Shown: piece by piece, positions 10,504-19,806 of the stretch | Numbering within the stretch: the stretch's first letter is position 1 | Layout: each line of letters opens with the position of its first letter | Source of the DNA: Promethearchaeia archaeon | GTDB taxonomy: Archaea; Asgardarchaeota; Lokiarchaeia; Sigyniarchaeales; SOKP01 | Reading direction: 5' to 3' | NCBI GenBank assembly: GCA_046483985.1 | Contig: JAWOCD010000057.1 | Location: forward strand, 98,351-162,350 | Length of the DNA: 64,000 nt | Notes under the pieces: model-generated | Databases searched by the model: none | What the model saw: only the letters and a program-made list of their open reading frames with translations | What the model was told of the DNA's origin: nothing | Translations under genes and position numbers: made by a program

Positions 10504-11082
10504 TCAATCATAGGTTAAATCGGAATAGATTGGTCCTTTTGGAGTCAACTTTGATTTTTTCAATTTAACCTTATCCATGGTAAAAGGGCCGAATTCATAG
10601 GTTCTTTTATCTTTAACTGCTTGTTTTAAATCATCAAACTTATCATAATCTATCCGTTTTTTCTTCAATCGTGCAATAGTGAGATGAGGTTTATAATCCC
10701 GATAGTTATCTTTTTTAATTTTCAACTGTGAATTGAGAGAATTCTCAATGGTGTCTTTTACTTCCTGTAAGAATTCCATGTCCCCATTTACCCTAAGCCA
10801 AATTATGCCGTAGTTTCGGAATTGACCAGTTCCCTCGACTTTATAGGTAAGTTCTTGGCCTCGGAATAGTTTTTCATTCACTTTACTTTCCAAGATTCGA
10901 TAAATTTTAGGAGCTGTTGACTCTCTGATGTTACCGAGAAATTTAACGGTGAGGTGTAAGTTTTGGGGTTCAATCGGTTTTAAACCCTGCTGAATTCCCT
11001 CCAATTTATTTTGAAAAGAGATAATATTTTGCTTGGTTGCCTTATCTTCTAAATCAATCGAAATGAAAGAGCGAATCGTCAT
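10504..11082 (-). CDS. thpR: RNA 2',3'-cyclic phosphodiesterase (2H family, 2'-5' RNA ligase)
   Basis: Two HLT motifs (NLHLTVKFLG, PHLTIAR) and C-terminal SKLTPKGPIY; likely start MTIRSFI at 11082. Confidence 0.92.
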   Translation of the reverse strand: MTIRSFISIDLEDKATKQNIISFQNKLEGIQQGLKPIEPQNLHLTVKFLGNIRESTAPKIYRILESKVNEKLFRGQELTYKVEGTGQFRNYGIIWLRVNGDMEFLQEVKDTIENSLNSQLKIKKDNYRDYKPHLTIARLKKKRIDYDKFDDLKQAVKDKRTYEFGPFTMDKVKLKKSKLTPKGPIYSDLTYD

Positions 11083-11109
11083 TTTTATTAAACACACTTA
11101 TATTTTAAA

Positions 11110-12249
11110 TTAATTTTTTGTTTTCCAATAATCTTTAATTTTCCATTCCTTTTTAGCTAATTGGTTGCGATGAGGCTTTATAATATTTATGTCCTTTAAA
11201 TCTTCAAGATTTGATGATTCTAATAGAGAAATGATGTCGTTTAAAAAAATAATGTCCATTTGGCCGCGAGTATCGGCATCGGCAGAAGCATTATGAGGCA
11301 TTAAAATAATTCGTCTCTCTGGATTCTCCTTCTTAATTTTTTTTATTCGATTCAAAATTTCCGAAGCAACCGGCTCTTCGGGATATACATCAAACGAAAG
11401 GTTAATTTGGATCTCCTTATTCTCTATAAGGGTTAATAAATCGTCAAAATCAAGAATCCCTCCTCTGGCAGTGTTAACCAACAGCGCATTTTTTTTCATT
11501 AACTTCAAGAGATCGGCATCAATTAGGTTTTCAGTAGACTTATTTAACGGAATGTGCAAGGAAACCACATCCGCCTCTTGGAAAATACTATCTAGTTCCT
11601 CTCGAAAATCTAAATTAGAATACTGCTCTTCCATGTTAAAGCGTCTTTTGATATCATAATATATTATACGCAGACCCCAAGGATGAAGTCTTTTAACCAA
11701 TTCCGTGCCAATCTCTCCCAACCCAACAATACCAATAGTCTTGTTATCGATTACGGATGATAAATTTTGATCCAAATCCCATTTATCATCCGGAGTCCAG
11801 TTTCCATTCCATACATATGCCTGCAGATCAATTAAATTCCTCAGATTTGCCATAATAAGTGCAATAGTATAATCAGCGACCGTTTTATGTAATACTCCAG
11901 GCGTGTGAGTAATAAGGATATCTTCTTTTTCTGGTCTTTCGATATGATTGAACCCGGCTGTTGAAGTGGCAACCGCAAAGACATCTGATTTTTTAAGCCA
12001 TTGTGCCTTGATAGGATGGCTTAAATGACAGCCCACTATGTGTGGATTAAAATTCTCTATATCTCCTTTAATTTGCCCTGAAAGGGGAAATCGGCCATCG
12101 AAAACCTTAACATTTGCCAATTCATCCAAATTCTGCCACAGATTTTGTATTTTCTTCCTAATTTTTACATTAATTTGTTCGTTTGCACCAAGTTCGTCGG
12201 GAGTAAACACATCTGAGGTAAAATAGACACGGGGTTTATTGGAACTCAT
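11110..12249 (-). CDS. D-2-hydroxyacid dehydrogenase (glyoxylate reductase-like)
   Basis: TPGVL, GIVGLGEIG, VNTARG, DVYPEEP and PHNAS motifs. Confidence 0.9.
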   Translation of the reverse strand: MSSNKPRVYFTSDVFTPDELGANEQINVKIRKKIQNLWQNLDELANVKVFDGRFPLSGQIKGDIENFNPHIVGCHLSHPIKAQWLKKSDVFAVATSTAGFNHIERPEKEDILITHTPGVLHKTVADYTIALIMANLRNLIDLQAYVWNGNWTPDDKWDLDQNLSSVIDNKTIGIVGLGEIGTELVKRLHPWGLRIIYYDIKRRFNMEEQYSNLDFREELDSIFQEADVVSLHIPLNKSTENLIDADLLKLMKKNALLVNTARGGILDFDDLLTLIENKEIQINLSFDVYPEEPVASEILNRIKKIKKENPERRIILMPHNASADADTRGQMDIIFLNDIISLLESSNLEDLKDINIIKPHRNQLAKKEWKIKDYWKTKN

Positions 12250-12378
12250 ATTACAATCTAAAGAAGGATGGTTATATTAATTTTATTCTTTTAAAATCTT
12301 GATAATTCTCGAAATAAAGAATTATAAACAATTATATTTATTTAAAATTAAATAGTTGGAAATAAAAGGTATAACCCT

Positions 12379-13191
12379 ATGACCCGTCCGTTATGGTTTG
12401 TCAAGCTTATTGAGATTTTCTTCCCGTATGTTAAAAAAATCGCCAAGCTAACGCGCATTCCCATTTTAAAATATCTACTTGACATCTCTCTGTTCAAGGG
12501 AGATGACATTATCTATCTACCAAAAGATAATACCATCGACACAGATGAGGATGTTCAAATACCAGACAATATGGTGTTACCTTCGGATATTGTGAAATAT
12601 TTCATAAAACGGACCGGTTATCATTGGATCATGAATTTTTGCATTTGTAGACGGTCAATGCAATGTGAAAATTATCCCATTAATTATGGTTGTCTCTTCT
12701 TAGGGAAGGGAATACTCGAAATTAATCCAAAGTTAGGGCGACGAGTCACCGAGCAAGAGGCATTGAATTACGTTGATAAATGTAGGAAGGAAGGTTTAGT
12801 TCATATGATCGGTCGAAACAGATTAGATGCTCAATGGCTCGGTGTACAAAAGGGTAAACGGTTATTAAGTATTTGTAATTGTTGTGAATGCTGCTGTCTA
12901 TGGAGAATCACTCCGAGACTTCACCCTTCTCTTGGAAGGAATATCAAAAAGATGTCCGGAGTAAGAGTTCGCGTTACTAATAAGTGTGTTGGTTGCGGCA
13001 CTTGCAGCGAGGTCTGTTTTGTAAATGCGATAAAAATTAAAAAAAATAAAGCAATAATTACAGAGGGATGCCGAGGATGTGGACGATGCGTAGAGATTTG
13101 CCCTCAAAGGGCTATTCAATTATCCATCTCAAATACAGACTATTTTAATTCCACGGTTAATGAAATTGACGAGCTTGTTAACCTAAAATAA
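12379..13191 (+). CDS. 4Fe-4S binding protein
   Basis: CICR, ICNCCECCC and two CxxCxxCxxxC ferredoxin motifs. Confidence 0.88.
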   Translation: MTRPLWFVKLIEIFFPYVKKIAKLTRIPILKYLLDISLFKGDDIIYLPKDNTIDTDEDVQIPDNMVLPSDIVKYFIKRTGYHWIMNFCICRRSMQCENYPINYGCLFLGKGILEINPKLGRRVTEQEALNYVDKCRKEGLVHMIGRNRLDAQWLGVQKGKRLLSICNCCECCCLWRITPRLHPSLGRNIKKMSGVRVRVTNKCVGCGTCSEVCFVNAIKIKKNKAIITEGCRGCGRCVEICPQRAIQLSISNTDYFNSTVNEIDELVNLK

Positions 13192-13250
13192 TGCAGAGAG
13201 AATGGAAAAAAAGCAGATTTTGGAAGGTCTAAAAGATGAGATAAAAAGTT

Positions 13251-14714
13251 TTAAGAGTCCTGTGTTTCGTCATTATTCCGCCAATAATAGTTTTCTTTCT
13301 TAAGGTTATGCACACGTGTCCTTTTCTTTACAGCAGATGCCGCTTGGACGACTTCCTTTATACTATGAAAAACGGGAATATTTGCCAGTTCCAGAGATTG
13401 AATAATCAATGAATATTTCTCTACATAGGGAACAAAGCAGATTACCGGTTTTTTATGCATGCTTACAATGTTTGAGATTCTTCTTCCGACTTGGAATGAA
13501 ATATTTGGAGGATACGGAAGCAAGAGGAGTAAAATGCATTCTATTCGTTCGATTTTAGATAAGTATTCCAGTAAATTTTCAATATCTTTATCCAATACCG
13601 ACCCCGTCAAATCAATTGGATTATTAAATGCAGCAATTTTTCTAGCTGTTGGATTCATCTGAGCCTTCATAGCCTTACGCTCTTCTTCGGTAAATTCTAC
13701 CGCATGTAACCCGTACTTCTCTATTAGGTCTGCACATATAACCCCATGTCCACCTGAAACGGAAAGGATTACCACATTTCCATATTTTATTATGTCTTCA
13801 TCGAATGGTCTTTTCTTTTGGGAGAGAACATCATAGACTTTTAGAGTTGTAAGCAACTCACCTTCAGAATGAGGTTGAATCACTAAATTTTGTTGTAAGG
13901 CGGCAGATAGGATTTTATAGTTTCCCGCCAAACTCCCCGTGTGTGACTGCGTAGCAACCCGCCCTTGTTCGGTTACTCCGCCAAAGAAACTTATGACCGT
14001 ATCGGGTGACTTTCTTGCCAACTCTAAGAATCTTCGTGCTCTATTTTCCTTAAAACCTTCTAAATAGAAGGCGATATTTTTGGTGTCTGGATCCTTTGTA
14101 CTGAAATAGTCCAAAAGCATACTTTCATCTACTACTGCTCTATTTCCTATCGATACCGCAGTACTAACACCGATATTCCGCTCCTCGAATTTCACAAAGA
14201 ATTGATCGACTAAAAATCCGCCCGATTGACTTATTAGAGCAACTGAACCTTTCGGAGGACGGGTAATTCTTTCAGTGGGAAGAAATACAGTATCAATTAG
14301 GGGTGGTTTATACACACCAATACAATTCGGTCCTAAGACTGCCAAGTCATTATCAAATGCGATTTTCTCCAGTTTATTTTGAAGTTCTATCCCCTTTCCA
14401 CCGACTTCTGCAAATCCCCCACCTATAATGATAGCGGACGGGATACCTATATCAACTGCTTGTTGGATATAATCTAATGTATCTTCAGGACCCAATGCAA
14501 TTGCTAAGACATCAGGGACTTCTGGTAAGTCCTCGAGACTCTTGTATAACTTTATCCCTTCAATTTCCCCACCATCTGGATATACTCCATAAACTTTTAC
14601 CTTCATTTCAAATTCATTCTTCAACAAAATAATCCTTCCAGGAGATAACGGATTACTTTTCGAAATACCTACAACAGCCATCGATTCCGGTCGAAATAAT
14701 CTCTCTAAATCCAT
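13251..14714 (-). CDS. Acyl-CoA synthetase (NDP-forming) alpha subunit
   Basis: GGFAE, LGPNCIG, ISQSGG, SIGN, SHTGSLAG (phospho-His) and NPIDLTG. Confidence 0.9.
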   Translation of the reverse strand: MDLERLFRPESMAVVGISKSNPLSPGRIILLKNEFEMKVKVYGVYPDGGEIEGIKLYKSLEDLPEVPDVLAIALGPEDTLDYIQQAVDIGIPSAIIIGGGFAEVGGKGIELQNKLEKIAFDNDLAVLGPNCIGVYKPPLIDTVFLPTERITRPPKGSVALISQSGGFLVDQFFVKFEERNIGVSTAVSIGNRAVVDESMLLDYFSTKDPDTKNIAFYLEGFKENRARRFLELARKSPDTVISFFGGVTEQGRVATQSHTGSLAGNYKILSAALQQNLVIQPHSEGELLTTLKVYDVLSQKKRPFDEDIIKYGNVVILSVSGGHGVICADLIEKYGLHAVEFTEEERKAMKAQMNPTARKIAAFNNPIDLTGSVLDKDIENLLEYLSKIERIECILLLLLPYPPNISFQVGRRISNIVSMHKKPVICFVPYVEKYSLIIQSLELANIPVFHSIKEVVQAASAVKKRTRVHNLKKENYYWRNNDETQDS

Positions 14715-14991
14715 TTTTCTATCTTACCTACTTTTTATAAATGAAGTTCTCTTTATAAAAAAAGCGAAAACCTTTTTTCATTTCTTTATTATTAATCATT
14801 TCATTGGTTATAAGGGGAATACCACTCCTACCCTTCGAGTACAAAATTTTATCTCGTTTCCGGGTAAAAATCTATTTTAATATCCTTCGTAAATTTCCCA
14901 AATTTGATCAAAATAATAACCACGATATTTAATATATTTCAACGGAAGCAGATACTTTAATTAATCTAATCCAACTTCAACTTCATTACGG

Positions 14992-15031
14992 CGCCCTAAA
15001 GGACGACACTTTCTCGCACTCTAATGGTAAA
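14992..15031 (-). mobile_element. Solo IS200/IS605 end relic
   Basis: CGCCCTAAAGGACGACACTTTCTCGCACTCTAATGGTAAA closely matches CGCCCTAAAGGTCGGGGCTTTCTCGCACTTTAGTGGTAAA at 42541-42580. Confidence 0.75.
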
Positions 15032-15183
15032 TGATAGACAAATCCAAGAATTTCAAGAAACAGCAGAAATTAAGAGTATAGATGAATATTACAACAAATT
15101 ACTTACAATAAAATAATAATAAAAAAAATAGAAAAATAAAAGATTTACTTCACATAAATTTTATCTGCGAACATGGGGTTACC

Positions 15184-16254
15184 TTAAAACTCATATCCAC
15201 ATTTCTTGCAGACGTGCTTCTTAGCGTACATAGGGATATGGCCTACATAAGAGAGAACTTTAGATTTGTCTTCGACAGTCTTTAGATTATCTCCCACAGC
15301 TCCGCACATCGGACATTGAACTCTCTCCTCGGATTCAAATCCTCCTTCACCAACATCTGGGGGTTTCAACTCATTCAATTCTTCGGTAACTTCGGCAAGA
15401 CTCTCTTGGGTAGTTTCAAGCTCTTCAGTGAGTTCTCCAATTTTTGCATCTTTTTCACCGAGTAATTCATTCAGATCATTAACTTTAGATTTTAATTCAC
15501 TATTTTTTTCTTCCAAGGAGGACTTCTCACTTTTTACACTTTCTAACTCAGATGCTTTCGATTCAGCGGATTCCAACTCCCCTTCTAATTCAGAAATTCT
15601 CGAATTAGCCGTCTGTAATTGATCCTCTAACTCAGATGCTTTCGATTCAGCGGATTCCAACTCCCCTTCTAATTCAGAAATTCTCGAATTAGCCGTCTGT
15701 AATTGATCCTCCAACTCAGATGCTTTCGATTCAGCGGATTCCAACTCCCCTTCTAATTCAGAAATTCTCGAATTAGCCGTCTGTAATTGATCCTCTAACT
15801 CAGATGCTTTCGATTCAGCGGATTCCAACTCCCCTTCTAATTCAGAAGATTTAGATTCTGTTTTGGCCAATTTTTGTTCTAATTCCGCAAGTTTTTGATT
15901 AGATTCTTCTGATAATTGTTGTAATGTCTGTTCCTTCTCTTGGAGGGAGGATTCTAATTCAGAAATCTTATTATTTGCTTCACTAAGTTGTTGATTTAAA
16001 TTAGAAATCTCTGCTTGGTCTTTTTGTTTTGTCGTCTCAAGTTCTTCTCGTGTATTACCCAATTTTGTTTTAGCTTCTTCAAGCTCTTGGTTAGTTGAGG
16101 TTAACTCTCCACTAGTCGAGCTGAGTTCATTTTTAGTTTCAGTTAGTTGTCTCTCAAGATCATTAACTTTGGCTCGAAGATCCAATAAAAATTTCCCTTC
16201 AATCTTTTGCTTCTTGTCTGGGGACTCTTCTGCTTTAGTCCAGTCAATACTCAT
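15184..16254 (-). CDS. Long coiled-coil protein with C-terminal Zn ribbon
   Basis: Continuous heptads ending in CPMC...CKKCGYEF. Confidence 0.85.
   Translation of the reverse strand: MSIDWTKAEESPDKKQKIEGKFLLDLRAKVNDLERQLTETKNELSSTSGELTSTNQELEEAKTKLGNTREELETTKQKDQAEISNLNQQLSEANNKISELESSLQEKEQTLQQLSEESNQKLAELEQKLAKTESKSSELEGELESAESKASELEDQLQTANSRISELEGELESAESKASELEDQLQTANSRISELEGELESAESKASELEDQLQTANSRISELEGELESAESKASELESVKSEKSSLEEKNSELKSKVNDLNELLGEKDAKIGELTEELETTQESLAEVTEELNELKPPDVGEGGFESEERVQCPMCGAVGDNLKTVEDKSKVLSYVGHIPMYAKKHVCKKCGYEF
15542..15847 (-). repeat. 84-bp (28-aa) coding tandem repeat, about 3.6 copies
   Basis: Units begin at 15542, 15626, 15710 and 15794 and are near-identical; peptide SELEGELESAESKASELEDQLQTANSRI. 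Confidence 0.95.
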
Positions 16255-16380
16255 GCTTTTTATTCACTATAAGTTTTTTTAAGATTTACATTTATATATT
16301 TATATAGATAATATTATTTTTATTATTTTTTTAACTAAAATATAATATTATAGGTTTTTAACCTTTTTCAGTTAGAAAAA

Positions 16381-16548
16381 GTCTGGATATATCGGGACAA
16401 GCCCGACGGATCCTCAGAGGATCGCTGACTAGATCGCGGTAAACGGCACATGGTACACACCGACAACTTATACATAAGCAGTCCGCAGTTGCGCTCTGGT
16501 TATGTTACGGGCAGCATCTAGGTTTGCGTCAAGCCGAATTAAATCCAT
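16381..16548 (+). ncRNA. Putative structured ncRNA (omega/HEARO-like, no partner ORF)
   Basis: GC-rich island in an AT-rich intergenic region with nested pairings: TCGGG/CCCGA, GATCCT/AGGATC, CTAGAT/ATCTAG, CAACT/AGTTG and GCGG/CCGC. Confidence 0.5.
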
Positions 16549-16589
16549 AGGTCTACATATTATAATTATCTCAAGAAAGGGATTCTCTT

Positions 16590-17402
16590 ATGAATGAAGA
16601 CTCGCAAGAAAAATTGGAATATCTCACCAGTTCGGGGGTATACCGGACATTCCATAGTGGTATGATAGTCTTAGAATTTTATTTTGGGATGATTGTGGTT
16701 ATTCTCTCCAATTTATGGTATTGGAATTACTTATATTATTATTTCACGGGAAATTTAATATATCCTATGGAAATTATTGGCGGATTATGGTTCGAGATTA
16801 TTATATTTATCTTATTACCTTTAAATATCTATGGAAATCTTTTTTTGTTTGGCATTTCGGTAATAATTTTTTCAGCAATGATATTTAAGATAATTAATCG
16901 AATCTATCCCCCACAAGAGGGAATTTTTATAAAGGGAAGTAAGGAGTGGAAGGCAATGCATCTTAGATACTGGACGGTTTATTTTCCTATATGGGTTGCC
17001 CGCGCACTACCCTTGCCATGGGCAGATATTCTCTGTTATCGGCTTTTGGGAATAAAGATAGGGAAGAACGTGGTATCTTATGAGGGGTATATTGATCCTT
17101 TATGGGTTGAAATCGGAGACCATACTATGACCTCCCTTCACATCTGTATTTTTTCACATCTGTTATACCACGATAAGGTATTTATAAAGAAAATAAAAAT
17201 AGGAAAAAACTGTATAATTGGGCCTCATACTATCGTAATGCCTGGAACTACTATTGAGGAAGAGGCAGTTTTGGGAGCAAATAGTTTTACCTCACCAGAT
17301 CAATTTTTAAAGTCAGAATTAATTCATGTGGGAACCCCGGTAAATACGAGCATGTCCTTCCAGAGCGTGGAAGATACCCGAAAAAAAATTAAAAAAACTT
17401 AA
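16590..17402 (+). CDS. Membrane protein with left-handed beta-helix (hexapeptide) acyltransferase domain
   Basis: Two TM segments followed by GIKIGKNV and IKIGKNCIIGPHTIVMPG hexapeptide repeats. Confidence 0.8.
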   Translation: MNEDSQEKLEYLTSSGVYRTFHSGMIVLEFYFGMIVVILSNLWYWNYLYYYFTGNLIYPMEIIGGLWFEIIIFILLPLNIYGNLFLFGISVIIFSAMIFKIINRIYPPQEGIFIKGSKEWKAMHLRYWTVYFPIWVARALPLPWADILCYRLLGIKIGKNVVSYEGYIDPLWVEIGDHTMTSLHICIFSHLLYHDKVFIKKIKIGKNCIIGPHTIVMPGTTIEEEAVLGANSFTSPDQFLKSELIHVGTPVNTSMSFQSVEDTRKKIKKT

Positions 17403-17448
17403 AGGAATTAAAACCTATTTTAGATTTTCTACGAAAAAGTGATGATAA

Positions 17449-18210
17449 ATGTTTCAGCCAGCAAGTTTGAAAGGTGATTCCCCGACACCAATAGATGAAA
17501 AAATCCGAAAAAAATATCTTTTCATATATTTTATTATCATCCTAATGAGTCTGATCCCCTCTGTTCTCTTCGAATATTACTATTTCATTCTACTATGGAA
17601 ACCTGATTTACGGATTTATTTTTTTCTTTTATCTCCATTGAATATCATTTCTGTAATTTATATATTGCAATGCAGTGCCCTTATTATTTCCAAGATCGCC
17701 TTAACTCTCTGTAATTTACTCCATTATCCTAAAGAAGGAGTCTTTGAACGGAATATAAAAGATAAAGATTACTTATTTTGGAATATCCGAAATATAATTA
17801 AGAAATGGCCATTATATATAAGCGCAACAAATCCGTTCCCTTGGTTAAAAAACCGGTTTACCTTAAGATTCTTTGGAGTCAAAATTGGAAAAAATTGTAT
17901 CTGTGATAATGCATGGATCTCTTCTGAATTTATAGAAGTCGGAAATAATGTAATCATCGGGATGGGGTCCACGATTTTAAGTTTTGGAATGGATCATAAC
18001 AAATTTTTTTTGAGGAAAATCACTATCGAAGATAATGTGACAATTGGAGCTAAATGCGTTATTCTACCTGGTGCCCATCTTCAAGAAAATGTTAAGGTCT
18101 CCGCCCATTCCTACGTAAATTTTGAACAAAACTTACGTGAAAATGGGATTTATAAAGGACATCCAGTAGAGCTTAAAAAAGAAGATCATACAGGTGAAGT
18201 TAATGAATAA
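17449..18210 (+). CDS. Membrane protein with hexapeptide acyltransferase domain (paralog of the upstream gene)
   Basis: TM segments, GVKIGKNC and ITIEDNVTIGAKCVILPG. Confidence 0.8.
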   Translation: MFQPASLKGDSPTPIDEKIRKKYLFIYFIIILMSLIPSVLFEYYYFILLWKPDLRIYFFLLSPLNIISVIYILQCSALIISKIALTLCNLLHYPKEGVFERNIKDKDYLFWNIRNIIKKWPLYISATNPFPWLKNRFTLRFFGVKIGKNCICDNAWISSEFIEVGNNVIIGMGSTILSFGMDHNKFFLRKITIEDNVTIGAKCVILPGAHLQENVKVSAHSYVNFEQNLRENGIYKGHPVELKKEDHTGEVNE

Positions 18211-19795
18211 TACAAAAATTAAATTGGATTCAAAAATAAAGTCTGTTAAGAAGAAAAAAATCGTTTTATTGTCGGATACTCATATTGAACGACATAATTC
18301 CGCATTTAATTTGCATGCATTTAATGAAGGAATTAAAAAATTAAATAAAATAAAGGACGTTGATTTATATCTTCATCTCGGTGATATTACCCATAATGGA
18401 ACTTTAATCGAGTATGAATATGCTCAAGAACAAATAAATAAATTAGAACTTTTACCTACCTCTCCCTTACGATTTGTTATAGGAAACCATGATGCAAAGA
18501 ATGTAGGTTATCTACTTTTTGAGGAATTCTTTGGAAATGGAAAAAGACATTTTGAATATGAAAAAGAAGATATCTATATCATTGGAATTGATTCCACCAA
18601 ACCTGATTTACCAGGAGGTGTCATCCATCACGACACAATTGATGCTGTGAGAAGAAGATTGGAACAGAGAAGAGATAAATTGCGGATTGTATGTTTCCAT
18701 CATCAACTCCTTCCAATCCCCAATACAGGAAGAGAAAGGTCCGCCATAGATGATTCGGGTAATATGCTGAAGATGCTCCTCGACCAAGAGGCAGATATCG
18801 TGATAAATGGCCATAGGCATTCCTCGAATTTATATTCTCTGAACAGCCCCCAAAAGAATTTTCACATACTCAATGCAGGAACCTTTTCTTGCAATAAGAC
18901 CCGATACCGCGAACAATTTACTTATAATGTAATAGAAATTAAAGATCATCATCTTAATTTCAAAGTGAGACCCATCTTAGAGCAGGGGATTAAGAAAGAG
19001 ATTAAAAGAGATATTAAGAGATATCGCCTAAGAAAAGTAGATGAGGAGGAAGAACCTTACTTTAAACTCATCCAAATCACAAATACATTTATTACTGAGG
19101 ATTCAAACGACAGCACTTTAAATTTTCTTAATGCAATAGATAAAATAAATGGAATGGAAAATATAGATCTTGTAATTCATAACGGCAATCTCACGGGTAA
19201 TAGTTTCAAAGAGGAATTCAAAACAGCCGCAAAATATATAGAGGACATTAAGGCTCCGTTTATAGCCTCTCCAGGATATTCAGATTCGAAACCTCCCGCG
19301 TGGGTTTATTGGAAAAATTATATCGGAGACCTCAACCCTATTTTTGAAACGGAAAACTTTTATTTTCAAGGGATCAATTCGACCACGCAAGATTCAAAAG
19401 CAGGATTTATTGGCCGCAAGAAGATGAGAAAGTTGATGAATCAAGTACTTAACTACGGATACGATAAAATATATGCCGTGGGTTTTTATCATAGTCTAAT
19501 CCCAACTCCTTTAAGTGTTTGGAGAAGTGAATTAATGGATGCGGGGGATGTTCTCTCTCAGTTTGCGCGCTCTCAAATAGCCTTAGTTTTTAATGGGTCT
19601 CCAAGTATTTCATTTAATGTAAAAATTGGAAACTCTATATTTTCAAATGGGGGAAACATCATGGGTGAACACTTTTCCCCCGTATTTAATGAAATAGAGA
19701 TATATGAGGATGGTTTGGTCCGGCTAATTGAGCATAATATAGCAAAAGATGAAAGTTCGATCATTGGAAAATATAGCATTCAGATTCCAGAATAA
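18194..19795 (+). CDS. Tandem metallophosphoesterase (second domain degenerate)
   Basis: Domain 1 has SDTH, GDIT, GNHD, HH and GHRH; domain 2 has TNTF, GNLT, GYSD and GSPS at those positions. Confidence 0.88.
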   Translation: MKLMNNTKIKLDSKIKSVKKKKIVLLSDTHIERHNSAFNLHAFNEGIKKLNKIKDVDLYLHLGDITHNGTLIEYEYAQEQINKLELLPTSPLRFVIGNHDAKNVGYLLFEEFFGNGKRHFEYEKEDIYIIGIDSTKPDLPGGVIHHDTIDAVRRRLEQRRDKLRIVCFHHQLLPIPNTGRERSAIDDSGNMLKMLLDQEADIVINGHRHSSNLYSLNSPQKNFHILNAGTFSCNKTRYREQFTYNVIEIKDHHLNFKVRPILEQGIKKEIKRDIKRYRLRKVDEEEEPYFKLIQITNTFITEDSNDSTLNFLNAIDKINGMENIDLVIHNGNLTGNSFKEEFKTAAKYIEDIKAPFIASPGYSDSKPPAWVYWKNYIGDLNPIFETENFYFQGINSTTQDSKAGFIGRKKMRKLMNQVLNYGYDKIYAVGFYHSLIPTPLSVWRSELMDAGDVLSQFARSQIALVFNGSPSISFNVKIGNSIFSNGGNIMGEHFSPVFNEIEIYEDGLVRLIEHNIAKDESSIIGKYSIQIPE

Positions 19796-19806
19796 TAAAA
19801 TAATCT

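Noticed and set aside
15542-15847. CRISPR array
   Set aside because: These are contiguous in-frame repeats with no unique spacers, and there are no cas genes in the window.
16381-16548. FMN or cobalamin riboswitch, RNase P RNA or SRP RNA
   Set aside because: Only fragments match (GCGGTAAA...AGTCCGC); core motifs such as GGTGAAATTCC or GAGGAAAGTCC are absent.
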